Shown: positions 14,022 to 27,696, numbered from the stretch's first letter. The stretch is DNA of 64,000 nucleotides from Hydrolagus colliei (GCA_035084275.1 CM068748.1:16430001-16494000); one strand, 5' to 3'. Translations and numbers: made by a program. Notes: generated by a model from the sequence alone, not told the origin.

Positions 14022-14432
14022 CACTTTCAAGGTCATTCACGGCCTTGCCCCCACCTATCTCTCTAACCTACTGTCTCCCTATCAGTCCGCCCATCCCCTC
14101 CGTTCAGCAGACTCAGGCTTGCTCCGCGTCCACTGCCCTAACTGCCCAACCATCGTCAGCCGGGCTTTCAGCCTCTCTGCTCCTCCACTGTGGAACTCCA
14201 TCCCACAGCCCCTCCGCCTTGCTTCCTCCCTTTCCTCCATCGCCAGTCTCAAGACCTTCCTCTTCGACCGCGCCTTCGGCTGCCCCACTAACTCTTCCTG
14301 CTCTCCCACCCTCCTTCCCCCTACTCCGACCCTCCCCTCACCCCGCTCGGGTCCCGACCTGACTCTTCAGCGCTTTGGGACATCCTCCCAACGTGAAAGG
14401 CGCTGCATAAGTGCAATTTTGTTGTTGTTGTT
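14022..14432 (+). mobile_element. L2 LINE 3' end (ORF2 C-terminus, 3'UTR, (GTT)n tail)
   Basis: Translates FKVIHGLAPTYLSNLL..LRS..GLLRV..RAFSLSAPPLWNSIP..LKTFLF, the typical L2 ORF2 C-terminus; ends gtgaaaggcgctgcataagtgcaattttgttgttgttg. Confidence 0.93.
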
Positions 14433-15907
14433 TTTTGTAGTGCAAACATCATCTTCACAAATGGAGGGAGAACGATAGACTTCTGTTTGCACTTCATTTG
14501 GTGCAATATGTATTTAAAACTAATATTGTACTTGTATTAGCTAAACTGACAGTCATTATTGAGGAGAGTATGAAAACAAGAGCATAAATATGTACGTACT
14601 AATAATGCATACTATGGCAGAAAACATTTTACGCAGAGTGATAAGGCATGGAAAAAGGCCATTCAGCCCAACTTGCTCGTGCTGGTAGAAATCAGGCAAT
14701 CCAATTCCAAGTTACTCAGAACTCATGTTTACAGAGAGTTGGATGCTTTTTGAAGTGCCTATTTTCATAGAAAGAAACAGTGACTGAATAAAATCATTTA
14801 CTACAATTGATGGGAATCTGAGTAAGTTGAACATGAATGGGTCAAACTAAATCACATGTTCAGGCATATCACATTTCAAAAGAACCTCTAACTTGTAAGA
14901 GAGGAAATCACTCATCAAATTTACTGAAAATGCAATAAAACTTTGTTTTGTTGAGTTATTGACATGACAGTTAAGTGCTCTAAGGACAAACCAACAGGCT
15001 TGCATTAAACACCCCACAAAAAGTAACAAATAACTTCTTGTTCCATTTAGCAGCAGAGGATATTATGAATGGAATGTGCACCATAAATGCAGTTCACTTT
15101 CAATTAGGGGAGAAAATGTATATACTTACAGTTAGTTTTAAAAGAACACAACACAGAGCTAAAAAGTGGAACTACCAACAGCACAAAGACTGCGACAAGC
15201 TTGTGAAGCACTTTGATGCTTCCAATTCCATCACATGACCTGGAACTTGCCTTTCCCAAGACAATAATTTGCAGCCATCTAGAAAATCCTCACAGTGTGG
15301 ATGAAGTATTAAATTCACAGAACTGCTGTAGTTCCAAATGCTGTTGCTTTCGCTTGTCAAACTGCTGTGAATATTCATTCACCTTAGTGACTCCATTTTA
15401 CAAAAAATTTAGAGCGAGCTGGCAAATTCACCATGAGCAGCTAACATGGAATAAACGTTGCTCTCTACACGCTGGTATCAAGCATCTTGGAAACTCATTT
15501 TGTAGGCGATACACCATTCCTGCTTTGCCATTCTAATCTTTATTTTCCTTCCAGATATCACACCTCACCTCAGTAGACTCAGTTTCCGCCGGCGGTCTCC
15601 AAACTGTCAGCCCCAACACCTGCCCCTGACTCACTAATCGGCCACAGCAGCTGATTGTCACCAGGTGATGATTGAGCAACTGTCTGATAAAATGTGACGA
15701 TTATTCGCCGAGATTGCAACACCCCCCCCCCCCCCCCCCGGCAAAGACTGGACTTGCTGCTATTAGATTCCTAAATGATTATTTAAATTGTATTATCTTA
15801 GGAGAATCATACGTGAACATTTCACACAAAAAAATTCTGCCTTAGATTACTATATATACACTGTATATAGGTCAAAGCTGGGAAGGCTGGTGAGGAGGAA
15901 GTTCCCA

Positions 15908-16095
15908 GTCAGGAACCTAGGTGTCTTGTTCGATCCTCCACCGTCTTTCCACCCCCACATCCAAGCTATGACCAGCTCTGTCTTCCCTCACCTCTGCAAA
16001 TTGCCCGATTCCACCACTACCTTACCCCTCAGGCCATTGAAATTCTCATTCATGCCTTCATCACGTCCAGGCTCAACTACGCCGAAGCCCTGCTT
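15908..16095 (+). mobile_element. L2 ORF2 internal fragment
   Basis: VRNLGVLFD..SFHPHI and, after a frameshift, LIHAFITSRLNY..AL. Confidence 0.88.
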
Positions 16096-16184
16096 ACACT
16101 CAGCGCAACAAATGGAGCATCATCCAAACATCTCCATTGAAAAACAAGCCCTCAACAACAAGCAAATAATAATACAAAAGTAGT

Positions 16185-16537
16185 CTTTGCATTTTATGTA
16201 GCGCCTTATCATGTTCTCCCAGACGTCTCAAAGCGCTTCACAGTGAAATTTATTGAATTGACTGTGAAGTGAATTTACTGCATATTTTATGAAGGAAACA
16301 CAAGAAATAATCTTTGATTGAGTGGTCAAATCATTATTTATTTATTTATTTTTGAAGGGATTATTACCCCAGAAAAGTGATCTGCTAATCGACTGACAAC
16401 TGGGTACTGATTTACTGCTAGGTAAACAGAGTGCGGTGTAAGGAAACTTGCCTAATGTTTTGCCCTGGCCAGGAAGCAAATCCGGGTTCCACTAGCCTGC
16501 GAGGCGAGTGCTCTAACCAATAGGATGCAGGACTGCT
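16185..16537 (-). mobile_element. tRNA-derived SINE (SINE2-1_CM-like, long-core variant)
   Basis: Sense head agcagtcctg..tggttagagcactcgcct; core ggcaagtttccttac..ctgtttacctagcagtaaatcagtacc; tail gaagcgctttgagacgtc..aaggcgctac..aaatgcaa. Confidence 0.88.
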
Positions 16538-17089
16538 AATGGTGGTGCTGATTTATTACGTACATTGTTGCTGCAATGTTAAATGGTCAGTCATCAACAT
16601 TTTAAAAGAAAATACATTACGAGCCAGGCACAAACACTAGACCACACTAATCCCAAAATATAGTTTGCAAGACCAAAATAGCAGTCGATGCTACGGGGAC
16701 TGAGGAAAGGCCCCAGTGCTGCAAAAAGAACATTCCGTTAAAACACTGTCTGCTCAAATTGGTGTCGCTTAACAAATGGTGTGTAGGCAGGCAGTGCTGG
16801 GAGGGGGGGGGGGGGTGGGGCGGGGGAGCAACTTACAGAAAAGAAAAAGCAGCAACCCTTTATGACTTGAAGAGAACAAATTGCATTAAAACAGTAATTT
16901 TACTGAGTAGAGTGCTGAAGAACAAGGCAGTCAACTTTCATTATTCTTTTGGTGTATGCAAGTCATTAATTAAGACATGCCTGACTGCCAGCAATGGACT
17001 CATTCTACGTGCCTGTTTGGGGGATAGTATGTGCCGATGAAGTCTGGCCAGTTTTCTCTGCAGCTCTGCCCCGATGGCGTTGATTATGT

Positions 17090-17221
17090 NNNNNNNNNNN
17101 NNNNNNNNNNNNNNNNNNNNNNNNNNNNNNNNNNNNNNNNNNNNNNNNNNNNNNNNNNNNNNNNNNNNNNNNNNNNNNNNNNNNNNNNNNNNNNNNNNNN
17201 NNNNNNNNNNNNNNNNNNNNN
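17090..17221. other. N-run, 132 nt (gap or mask)
   Basis: Counted directly; unique flanks. Confidence 0.99.
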
Positions 17222-20200
17222 AACAAGTAGCAACCAGATGGTTCAGATGAAAAGGATTTTTTTTTCCAATGGCAGCTTTGGGCTTCAAACAGCAGCAAGA
17301 TAAAGTTTGCCTTTCTCTCCCTCTCTCCTTCTCCCTCTCGTCAAGTTTATATCGTTATTCATATCTTACAGCTGCACCAAAAGATGCACACAGTAACTTT
17401 TCTTCCCGCCCACCCAACCCTCAATCTGTTTCAATATACCACAAATAACCTCCGTCTGTGTGTAAATGCTCTCTTCTTCTCTATGCTTAATGTTGCCTTT
17501 TATGTTATGTTATATGGATTGCCAAGTCTGACAAGGTTCATTCGGAGTCTTTTAATTCCCACCCACGATTTCTCTCTGGCTGTCATGTGACTGGCAGTAA
17601 AAAAGGATCAGCTATGGCATTTAGCGAGAAGCCTAGAAGACAGGTGTCAGAACGGTCCACCAAGCAAACCTAACGAACGATAATCAGGTCTGCTGTTCTT
17701 TTACAATTCATGTCTAATTCACAAGTTTCATTCTTTCTGAGAAACAATTACGAGGTTTTGAAGTTCATTGTGCATTTACTGAACTGTCTTCTCAAATTAA
17801 TGTGAATTGGGAACAAGGAAAAGGGAGAGTCAGCAGGGAAGAGGGGATAAAAAAACAAGATCTTGTGGTTGATACGGTTTTTGAATTCAATTTATACAAT
17901 TCTAGGTGCTCATCAGTGTGAGTAGAAATTTGGTACATCCCCCTGTATATCAGCAATGTATTCAGATGAACTGGAGAATCAAAGAAGGGGAAAAAAAACA
18001 ATTTAAAAAAAATCAGGCTATTTTTTTCATTCATGTCCACAGCCATGTAATCTACCACCACAAGAATAGTTCTGTGAATGTATTTTGGGGGGAATATTTT
18101 ACCGTACATTTGGCTTTCAAAAATGTCCATTAAGGTTTGCCTCATCCTTCCTTGGTACAAACTGGAGAGTCTATACAAATCTCACTATTAATGAAATCCC
18201 ACCAATTTTCTCATGCTTGAAAGTGTGCACTGTACAATAAAGTCCACAGTATTTTTATAACTAGACTCGCTCTGGCAGCGTCTCTGGTTAACGATAATTG
18301 TGAGTGACTTTAGACATCAGGCTGACGTTGTTCCACACATCAACAAAACTGAGAACGGACAGGTAGTCGACCAACAATGACAGTCACCAAGCAGCAACTA
18401 GGTTAGCTTTGCTTTTTTGGGGGCCCTTGGGGCATATAAGCCTGACCAAGGTCCACAACAAGGAGACATGCAGATAGGCTCCATATGGTTTTAGTACAGT
18501 TATCAACTAAAAGTATACAAACAGTGTAAGGAAAGCAAATGAAAGCAGCAGTCACATTAGTGACACCATCCATATTTACTCCAACTATATATTCAACAGT
18601 AAACTGAACATCTTGGTGGGTTAGACATATTTGTTTCTTTTTATTTACAGTGTCATTGTCACTCCATACTCAGCCAAGAGGAGGCACATTTACAGTGGGG
18701 GTGAAGTGGCTGGAGTTTAGGTTTTGAGGTGAGCAATTTATGAATAAATCCTGATAGCCCAGAACACCCTTCAAAATAAAAAATGTTTTTATTGTCTATG
18801 TTGATTTGTACACTCCTCTCACCCCATCTCACACAATGAGGAAAGACATGTGACTCATTTCCTGGGCCTCAGCCTATGGAAAAGCAGGCAAGCCATCAAG
18901 CAATCGACTGATGAGGTTTTCACAGATCCTCGGATACCTATTTCCTTCTTTCTACCCCCTTGACCCACCTTCTCACAAGGAAGTACACAGACACCCTTTT
19001 CCTAAGGCACGACAGACATGGGAAATTACCGCAAATGGGAATGACATCTCCAAGAGGAGAAACTATGCCAAACCCCAAATCAGTCACATCACGATTTTTT
19101 CTAGCTTTCGTGTTGAGGTGACTAGTTTGATTTTGTTGTCATCAGAGCAGCTTTATTCTGTTGTTTTCAGTAACCCTTTTTTTAAAAAAAAAACTCTTTT
19201 TATGCAGAAATTGCTATGAAATTGGCACCCATTTGGAATCTTCATAACTGTTCACTACCAAACTAAATGGGTACTGATGGAGAAATTATATCCCGTTTCT
19301 TTCAACACATGCGATTGAATTTGCAGGAATCCATTAACATGGGATGCTATGTAATTTCGCACTGGTATATGATGGACTAGTATTTTTTATAAATGTATTC
19401 TATGGCAGGTTCAATATCTTCTGGCAAAAACAAATGAGTATTTTTAGAATACTAATTAATGTTCAAGAGGTACTGTGATCCAATAGATATAATTCTGCTG
19501 TGTGTAATTTATAGGAGTAATGTCCATGAATTTGCAAACTTTAGTGGTTACAAATATATGAGCTGTCTCTGGAGCACATATACGTAACTGCAGATTTATT
19601 TGTTTGTAAATTTATTTTCAGATACAATGAATCATAAAATTTAAGTGGCACATCAGTCAATATGAGAGGAAGGAGCTGTCTGTAAGCTACACCTGTTCTT
19701 CATTTAGCAACGAGTCCATAAAAAGTTACTGGAACAGCAACACACAGACTTGGGCTGTTTTTCCAATTATTTTGAGCACAGTCCTGCCTCCAGTGGAAAT
19801 GCTTCATGAGAAATGAGGCTAAGACAACTCAGTTACTGCAGGTCCTCAAGCGATTGATTGATTTCAATATGAAAATAACAGTTTCAAAATTATAATAGAA
19901 TTTTTTTGTTTAATTTAACACAATACTTACAAAAATGAAAACATAGGTTTCAGTTAAGACTACAAACAGTGCCATACAGTTTATGATGATAGGTTACTGT
20001 ACTAAGTACATTTTTGTACATCAAGCTGCATTGCTTATTAAGCTTCCATTATGTTGGCAAGTCTTAAAATTACAGGGTTGTAAGTACAGAGATCTTCCCA
20101 TAATATAACTAACGTGCCTTATTATTTAAATTACATTTTATACTAATGCTTCATAATAATGCACTGCACACGATAGCGTGCAATAAAAACTATACTGTTA

Positions 20201-21744
20201 TGAGTTCCTCACTTGCTGATCAGGGTAAAGATCAATCCTCTGCACCATTATAATTTAGTTCTACGACCATTAACGATAATGTTTAACTGAGATCAGTACA
20301 CATACCATCATTTTGGCAGGCCACATAATGCAAATCTAAAGGTCGTCAAGGCAGATTATTATGGAACAATAATATTTTAAAGGGCTGAAGTGTGAATTGA
20401 AAACCAAGGTCAGTAATCTTGCTTCAGATTAATTCATATCTACATATTTCATTGGGACTTGGACCTGGTTGAAAAATACCGAAATCTGCTAGTCCATTAA
20501 ATCACAAAAAAGCAACCTTCCTGATTCCTCACGGAAAGTAGGTCGCTAAAGGCACACAAGGATTCAGAATGCTGGAGACTATCAAAAAGTAATTTACTAC
20601 ACAAATACCCCCATTGAGTATAAACTCTGCATATATGTGGTTTGAAATCCATATTACAGTCCTACAATGGGCTGAAAGTCATTACCAACTAAAATATCTG
20701 TAATCCTAATTTATACCAGACATACAATTCCCTGGAAATCAGATGCAGATTACATGTTGCTTGAAAATGTAATGATCATGTTGTTATTAACGTCACCTTG
20801 TGAGGATATCATTGCACATTAATAATATGGAGCCCTGAGATAACTGGAGTCAAGACTTAGCAGTAAGTGCTACCACATAAATGGATACAAAACTTAATCC
20901 ATCCAACGGTTTGTAAATATACACAGCAACGAATGGACAATGTTGTGCAGAAAATAAGATTTTATATCCATCACATAATAATGCTTCCAGTTATTGGCTT
21001 ATACTGCTGGCTCATGAACAAATCTAGAGCTCTACATTTTCTTGGCCAAAAAAGGTCCAAATCTACAAATTAAAAAAAGTATTCATTACATAACTAATTT
21101 GAGGAGGAGCTAAAGTCGAACAGCATCTCAATGCTCAGAAAAGACACTGGATATGTTTTTCCAACAAAAGTACACTGTATCTGAAAAACGTTCCATTTGG
21201 GGGGAAAATTATGGCTGCACAATTTATATTTATGGTTCATATTATAGTTTTTATATTATACCTTTATAGTTTTGATATAGCAATAAGGGTGATGGGAAGA
21301 GAATGAACCAAACTGTACTATGATAAGGTGCCTATAATGTTGAAATACATTGTATGTCAACGCAGTTGACACTAAATTGGTATTGAGTAGTGATTCTATG
21401 GCAAACATGGCAGCATTTTGAACTCAGCAACATCTAACAGACATTGAATAAGCAAATGACCAATTAATCTATTTGGTCTGGGTATCAGTGAAATTCCTTT
21501 CTCTTCAGGTTGCGTACCAATCTCAGTTAGCCCCACTTTGCACTTGAATACACATTACAAGCAGAAAAGCTCCACCCATTCTTCTTGACATAACATCCTG
21601 AAATATCACAAATATCGAATACATCTCTGCCTTAATTTCAGTCCAATAAATGCTAAAATACCAATGACTCAAATTTAGATTTGAGTGAGAATGATTCAAT
21701 CTTGGCTACACTATTTTCCTCCACAAGCAATCAACAAAGTGTTG

Positions 21745-21935
21745 ACGAAATCCACCCTGATTCCATTCAAGAGAAGGAACTATTTCCTGGTGTCCTGGCC
21801 AACAGTCCCCGAAATAAAATTAATTATAAGTTCATGGCTGCTTGTGCACATTGCTTAGTGCAAATTGACGGGTACGCCTACAATATGCAGTCATTACATT
21901 TTACTGTGAAAGGCACTACATATACTGCAAAGAAT
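21745..21935 (+). mobile_element. DeuSINE (SacSINE1/AmnSINE1-like) fragment
   Basis: cctggtgtcctggccaac Deu motif; gtgcaaattg; tail gtgaaaggcactac. Confidence 0.65.
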
Positions 21936-22896
21936 ATAATTTTGATTCTTATTATTAATATCATCCATGTGCAGCACCCGCCACCCCACCATTATTTTCC
22001 ACAAAGGTTTTACATGTAATCATGTGTGCAAGACAAATAGGTTTTAGTGTGCAGTATTTATGAGTGAATGATGCAAAGCTCTTATGTATGAGGCGACATG
22101 ACCACATAACCACTGAACGATGAAGGCTGAGTTTAGTTAGGCTGGTTAGCACCGGTGTCAAGATTATAAATTTTTTCATTGCACCAATTTTTGAAAAATG
22201 TATTTGCTAGTCAAAAACAACCACAGGTATCTGTAAAACTACACTTCATCCACACCTCCAAAGGATGATGCCAGTCTCACATGCACCACATCACAAGTTG
22301 GCATTGAAAACAAAAGTAAATACAAGCCTCCAACAAATATCAGATATGTTGACTCAGAAAGTTTTGGACAATGTAATAAAATGTGTAAAAGAATCAAAAA
22401 CCTGCATTATGGAAATTTTGACATTTTCTCTAATACGGCGCTATACTGTGAACAGGTTTGCATTTCACTACCATCAGTTTACATGGAGCTCCTCATTCAT
22501 CTTTTTAAGGTAAACAGGAAAATAAATTCTAATCTCTATAGATTTTAATTAACATTCATTTCATCTGCCGCAACCACAATACCTGGAATATTATACTGTA
22601 CCGTGAAATCTCACCAGTCCTAAGATAATTACGAGCTTTTTTTCTCCAAAAAAGAATTGTAAGACTAGAACAAGCAAATTATACTGCTCGATAGCTGGAT
22701 CAACTTAATTTGTTATGACATTTTATATGTAGGCCAGTCATGTATTTGCTGAGTATAAAGCTCTGTGAACCACAGAGGAAAAACAGTGAATCAACCGGTT
22801 GAAGTCTGCACATTTCTCCAAAAAGAAAATTAGCTCGTCAGCATGTAATGCAAGTGCCAAATAAAGGGTCAATAGTTAGAAAAAGTGAACAGAAGT

Positions 22897-23064
22897 AACA
22901 ATAATCCTTGTAGTTTTTGCACCGTTCATTTTGGAGAGGATATCTCAAAGTGCTTCACAAGATTCTTCTGTAAAGTGAAGTGACTCTGTACTTTGGAGGC
23001 GAATCCGGTGGCCAATTTGCCCACAGCATTGTCCCACAAGCTGCCTTGTGATGAATGACCAAAT
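22897..23064 (-). mobile_element. SINE 3' half (Deu-type 3' region plus tail)
   Basis: tctcaaagtgcttcaca, gccaatttgcccacagcattgtcccacaa, gatgaatgacca. Confidence 0.75.
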
Positions 23065-24107
23065 TCAGGCGGGGGAGGAAAAAATGGCATAGATTAAGAG
23101 TTGAATGTTCTCAATTTTAGCATCAGTTAAAATGATCACCAACAAACCCACTATTTACTGCAATAAGCTGGTGTCTCCAATGAGGGAATTAAGCAGGGTC
23201 CCCTTATTGCTGAACTGCCTCCAAAGTGACGTGCTTGGCAACAGAATGTCAGCATTGAGTCAATCCTCTATGGTTGTCTCGGATATTCAGTTCCTGAGCC
23301 AGAAGGGTCTGCAGTTCTACAGAGTGCTGCTGATGATAGTCCATTCAGCTCATCTCATCAGCAGAACCAGGAGGGACTGCCCAATCACTGGGGGCAGGGA
23401 TTCTTTCCACTCAGCTCCTGTAACACTGCAAGCCACAGGCCTAATTGGTAGGCTGGTCCTAGCTGAACAAACAGCGGGAAGTGAGAAGTTCTCACATAGG
23501 AGGGCGATCCATTTTTAACTGGTTAAACTCCAGCAGTACCTCAATGCACACCCTGAGGTCCCCAGCCTTGACTCTTTTAAACATGCATCTCATGCTGACT
23601 GGAACTAGGTTTGTAGGGTGTGTCCCTCCAGAGAGAGGTGCACAATCCCTTCCAGACAAAGAGCAATATCTGTGTGTAATTTGCAAACAAATGTGGAACT
23701 CAGTCTTCTTTGGACACTTTGGATTCCACATGTGGCTGACCCCCCCCAAAAGTGATGTAGATTGGTTATATCAAACCCTTTGATTTATGATTTCGTGAAT
23801 TTGTCAGCACTCCGAGGTTAATAAGCAAAGGCTATTCCCTCTAAGTAAATATCAGCTTCCTTATCTGATAAAATATTTTACACAAGAAAAGTCTTTATAA
23901 TATTAAGAACAACAGAATGTAAAACTACATTAAATGTCTATCATAAGATTGAGAAGCTGTCAACTGCTTTAACATTTAGAAAAGATATAACAAATTTTGC
24001 TTAGAGCTCTGCTGGCCTGGAGGTGGAGGGACAATGAGGGAAGCCCTAGGACGTTAATCAGTTTTTTGCAGTGTGCAGGTTCAAACACACACTTGCACAG
24101 ATCATAT

Positions 24108-24128
24108 ACACACACACACACACACACA
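24108..24128. repeat. (CA)n microsatellite
   Basis: Direct reading. Confidence 0.9.
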
Positions 24129-24199
24129 TACAAAGAAACAGCCTTACGTAATTTATTCGAGCACAATCAGTCAAATGCTTAAACAACACTGCCAAGCTT

Positions 24200-25760
24200 G
24201 ATTAGCAAAACGGCAAGCCAAAATTTTGCAAGATATTCAGTCAAGTCAACAGACGTACTGCAGACATTGTCCAACGTTCAGTGAATTGTACCTCTGGGGT
24301 CATCCCACTCCGCTAACAAATCAGCTTGACAATCTCTGTCCAAGTTTCCTTTAAGAGCATAAAAAGTAGCAATTAATTTATCAATGTGTACGCCTTTCTG
24401 TCACAACAAATTTCCCCAAGCCCCTTGCCAAAAAAGATTTGTCCATCACCAGCCAGGTCCTTGTCCTCATAGGCAGCAATACAGCTGTATAATTATACTT
24501 CTTTGCCTGACAACTTGCATGATTGTTTTCCTAACAGTATATTACTTCGTTAGTACTTTCCAATATACGTTATTTTTACACTGTCACTTTCCCCGANNNN
24601 NNNNNNNNNNNNNNNNNNNNNNNNNNNNNNNNNNNNNNNNNNNNNNNNNNNNNNNNNNNNNNNNNNNNNNNNNNNNNNNNNNNNNNNNNNNNNNNNNNNN
24701 NNNNNNNNNNNNNNNNNNNNNNNNNNNNNNNNNNNNNNNNNNNNNNNNNNNNNNNNNNNNNNNNNNNNNNNNNNNNNNNNNNNNNNNNNNNNNNNNNNNN
24801 NNNNNNNNNNNNNNNNNNNNNNNNNNNNNNNNNNNNNNNNNNNNNNNNNNNNNNNNNNNNNNNNNNNNNNNNNNNNNNNNNNNNNNNNNNNNNNNNNNNN
24901 NNNGCATGAATTTTGACGTTTCATACGATCTGACAAGTACTGAAGTGATATTGGAAGGCTGGAGGCTGGGCAAGAGCTGCTCATGATGACATTTCTAGAT
25001 TCTGGCAAGGACAGCGAAGAGAAAATGATGACCGTGTCTGGTTGGGCCAGCAGACGGCAGTTCATCATGTCTCTCTTTGCAGAGAGGCTTTCTTTTACAC
25101 TTCAAATGATGATACTCATCAATCACGGCTTGACAGCTGCATCACACCAGCTGCAAACATGCAAAGCCCAGCATTTGAAAATATGCTGACGCCACTAATA
25201 TAAACACATCAGAAAAAAAACTCTTCAGATCGACATCACAGACCAAGCTAAACATCCTCTGCACACAAGTCTCCGTTGTTTATTACTGAACATTACAAAG
25301 GCTTTTACATCTTTCAGTTTACAAAATTGCACTATTATTCATTTTTACATCAGAGCAGCTATTTGATTCAGGTTGCCAGGTTAAGGTTGATGAATGGCTA
25401 TGATGAAATGGGCTCAAGAGAAGGCCCAAGGCTCAAATTCAAAGTGCATTAGTCAACATGCTCCCAAATCCTTCATTACTTTTTTTTTGGTTCTTGTATT
25501 CCAATCAATAAAGAAATTGCTTTTCGTCTATTGAAATCACCTATTTTTTAAATGCGGATATTATAAATCTTCTCTGGCGTAATTAGCAGGCCATTCTCTT
25601 TTTGACGCAGTCATCCATTTAATTTCAAACTTTTTCCGCATGCCACCTGCTCTGCTATTCACAATTGAATAAAATGTAACATCGGTCGGTGTCCCTGTCG
25701 CCTTGGTCGCTAAAGCCACTGTCCCAGTGAGAAGCTGGGCCAAATAAGTTGTATAGTCTC
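24200..25760. promoter_or_regulatory. Putative conserved non-coding element/enhancer cluster around the 307-nt N-run
   Basis: No recognisable repeat, no credible ORF, retained CpGs, Pbx-Hox plus Meis composite at 25117-25136; conservation inferred, not measured. Confidence 0.5.
24597..24903. other. N-run, 307 nt (gap or mask)
   Basis: Counted directly; unique flanks. Confidence 0.99.
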
Positions 25761-26027
25761 AACCAGGACAGTGGCAATGGTTGTTTGCTAACAACTGAGA
25801 AACGAAAAGCCTGTTGCCCCTGCTGGAAAAGGCTTTGTGAGTAGACCCCGGGCTGGGGAAGGATCTGGCTCTTCTATGATTGTAACCTTTTTCGATACTT
25901 TGTCGAGGTAGCGGTACAGGACACCCAACACTAGTACATTGGGTGTCTAGGACACTGATACTCTCAGGACAGACCATCAGGTGTGGAGGGTACTGAATTA
26001 GGAAGTGTGATTTTTACTATTTTACAA

Positions 26028-26200
26028 TGTAATAATCATGCTGGCATTTTATATCATGTTGTTAAGACGCCTCAAAGTTCTTTACAGGATTTTACTACCA
26101 AGTGTGGTGACTTTGTGTTTCTAGGCAAACATGGCAGCCAATTTCCAAACAGCAATATCCCACAAACAGCCATGAACCGAATATCCAATTTGATTTGGTG
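26028..26200 (-). mobile_element. DeuSINE-like 3' fragment
   Basis: ggcaaacatggcagccaattt..acagcaatatcccacaaacagc. Confidence 0.7.
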
Positions 26201-27549
26201 TACGGAAGTTATTTTTCTTGCATACCCACCTAAAAAAACTCTCATAAATATTAGCGTCTTATCAACGTTTTAAAAATTCCAATTGCAGCTGCTGAACTGG
26301 AGCTCCTGATGGGTCCCATAATGTGAATTTAAATGAAGGATGATGCAATGGTGCACACAGCAAATGTGGCTTCAAGCAGCCAAAATGGAATTCACAGGAG
26401 TGGTATGTTAATTCACAGATATGCGCATTTTGCACAAAAGATGTATGCAGTCTGCTACCTGCAATGTAAAGGCACAACATGCACACGGTTTTGTTATGGG
26501 CAACTTGAAAGTCATGGTAAATAGATTAACATACGTTATGTATGAACGATCTTATCGCACCAGGTTTTGCTTTTATGAAGTTTATTTAGGAACACAGCCA
26601 TCAATCAACTTTCTATACGGTAGCTTTAATGTTTAATATTTCAATGGCAATCACACATCTTAGAACTACTTGGATTACATTTTAGAGCAATATCCTTATA
26701 TGGCCTATATTCTGCATATCCCACTGGATGTTTTGTTTCTCTGTTCTACCCTATCTCTGATCTTTAACACAGAATGCAGCAGATGGATGAGAATTCAAAG
26801 TTTCCTGATCTTTAGCAGAAGTTATGGTGGGTTATCTTTGGCAGTATATCTTTCTCCTGGCAGCACTCCCTTGGTGATGAAGGATTAACCACCGCAGCTG
26901 TCTCTTCCCCGAATGATGCAGTGCAGCACTCCTCAGCACGACAGCATCACTTAATCTTAATGTCTGCTCTTCCAGCGCAGCCGCATCGGACAAAGCCAAT
27001 CAACATCAGATGCCACTAGGATGGACCTACTGCTTGGCCCTGGAGTCTTTCACTCTCGCAGGACTATTAATCAACTTCAGCCAGCCCAATCTTAGAGTTT
27101 TCTTTTGCTGAAAATGCAGCTGAGCTATGTTGGGATGTCGAGAAATGTATGAGAAATGTACCGCGGTCTGCAACTGGCAATCAACATTACAGAAACACAG
27201 AAGCAATACCCCTGCCTGTTATCTTCCTTCCCCCACCCCACCCAACACACACTACAAAATGCTTGATGAGTCTGGATCACCATAACTTTCTAAAAATATG
27301 TACATATATATGAGTGCACCCACCCACAGAAACACACAGATATTGCACATTAAATTGCATCGCCTCCTTGTTCTCTCCCTCTCACATAAAACAAATGTAT
27401 AATCATGTGCATTACTCAAGAACCGAAGATGGTTGATTTTTGTTTCCTCTCACACCCCATTGAGGGTAGATCTTGGTTCTGTGGACTTTAACAGGAAGAA
27501 GAGTGGCTCCAGATCAGCATGTAAGGCTGCTCCAAAACAAATTTTAAAA

Positions 27550-27696
27550 GAGAAGTAGATAGTTATTTGGGGAGGACAGATTTCCAGGGCTATCAGGAGA
27601 GAGCGGGGGAGTGACATTGATTTGGACAGCTCTTTTCAAAGAACCAGCAGACACGATGGGCCAAATGGCCTCCTTCTGAGCTGTATAATTCTACGA
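27550..27696 (+). mobile_element. CR1 LINE 3' end
   Basis: acacgatgggccaaatggcctccttctgagctgtataattcta, a typical chondrichthyan CR1 3' terminus. Confidence 0.8.

Noticed and set aside
23105-23783. Overlapping 137-aa and 100-aa ORFs in slightly GC-richer sequence
   Set aside because: No recognisable protein family and no convincing splice structure; more likely non-coding
24384-25068. ORFs spanning N-runs (also at 2374, 16941-17303, 36604, 48755)
   Set aside because: Length is an artefact of Ns translated as X
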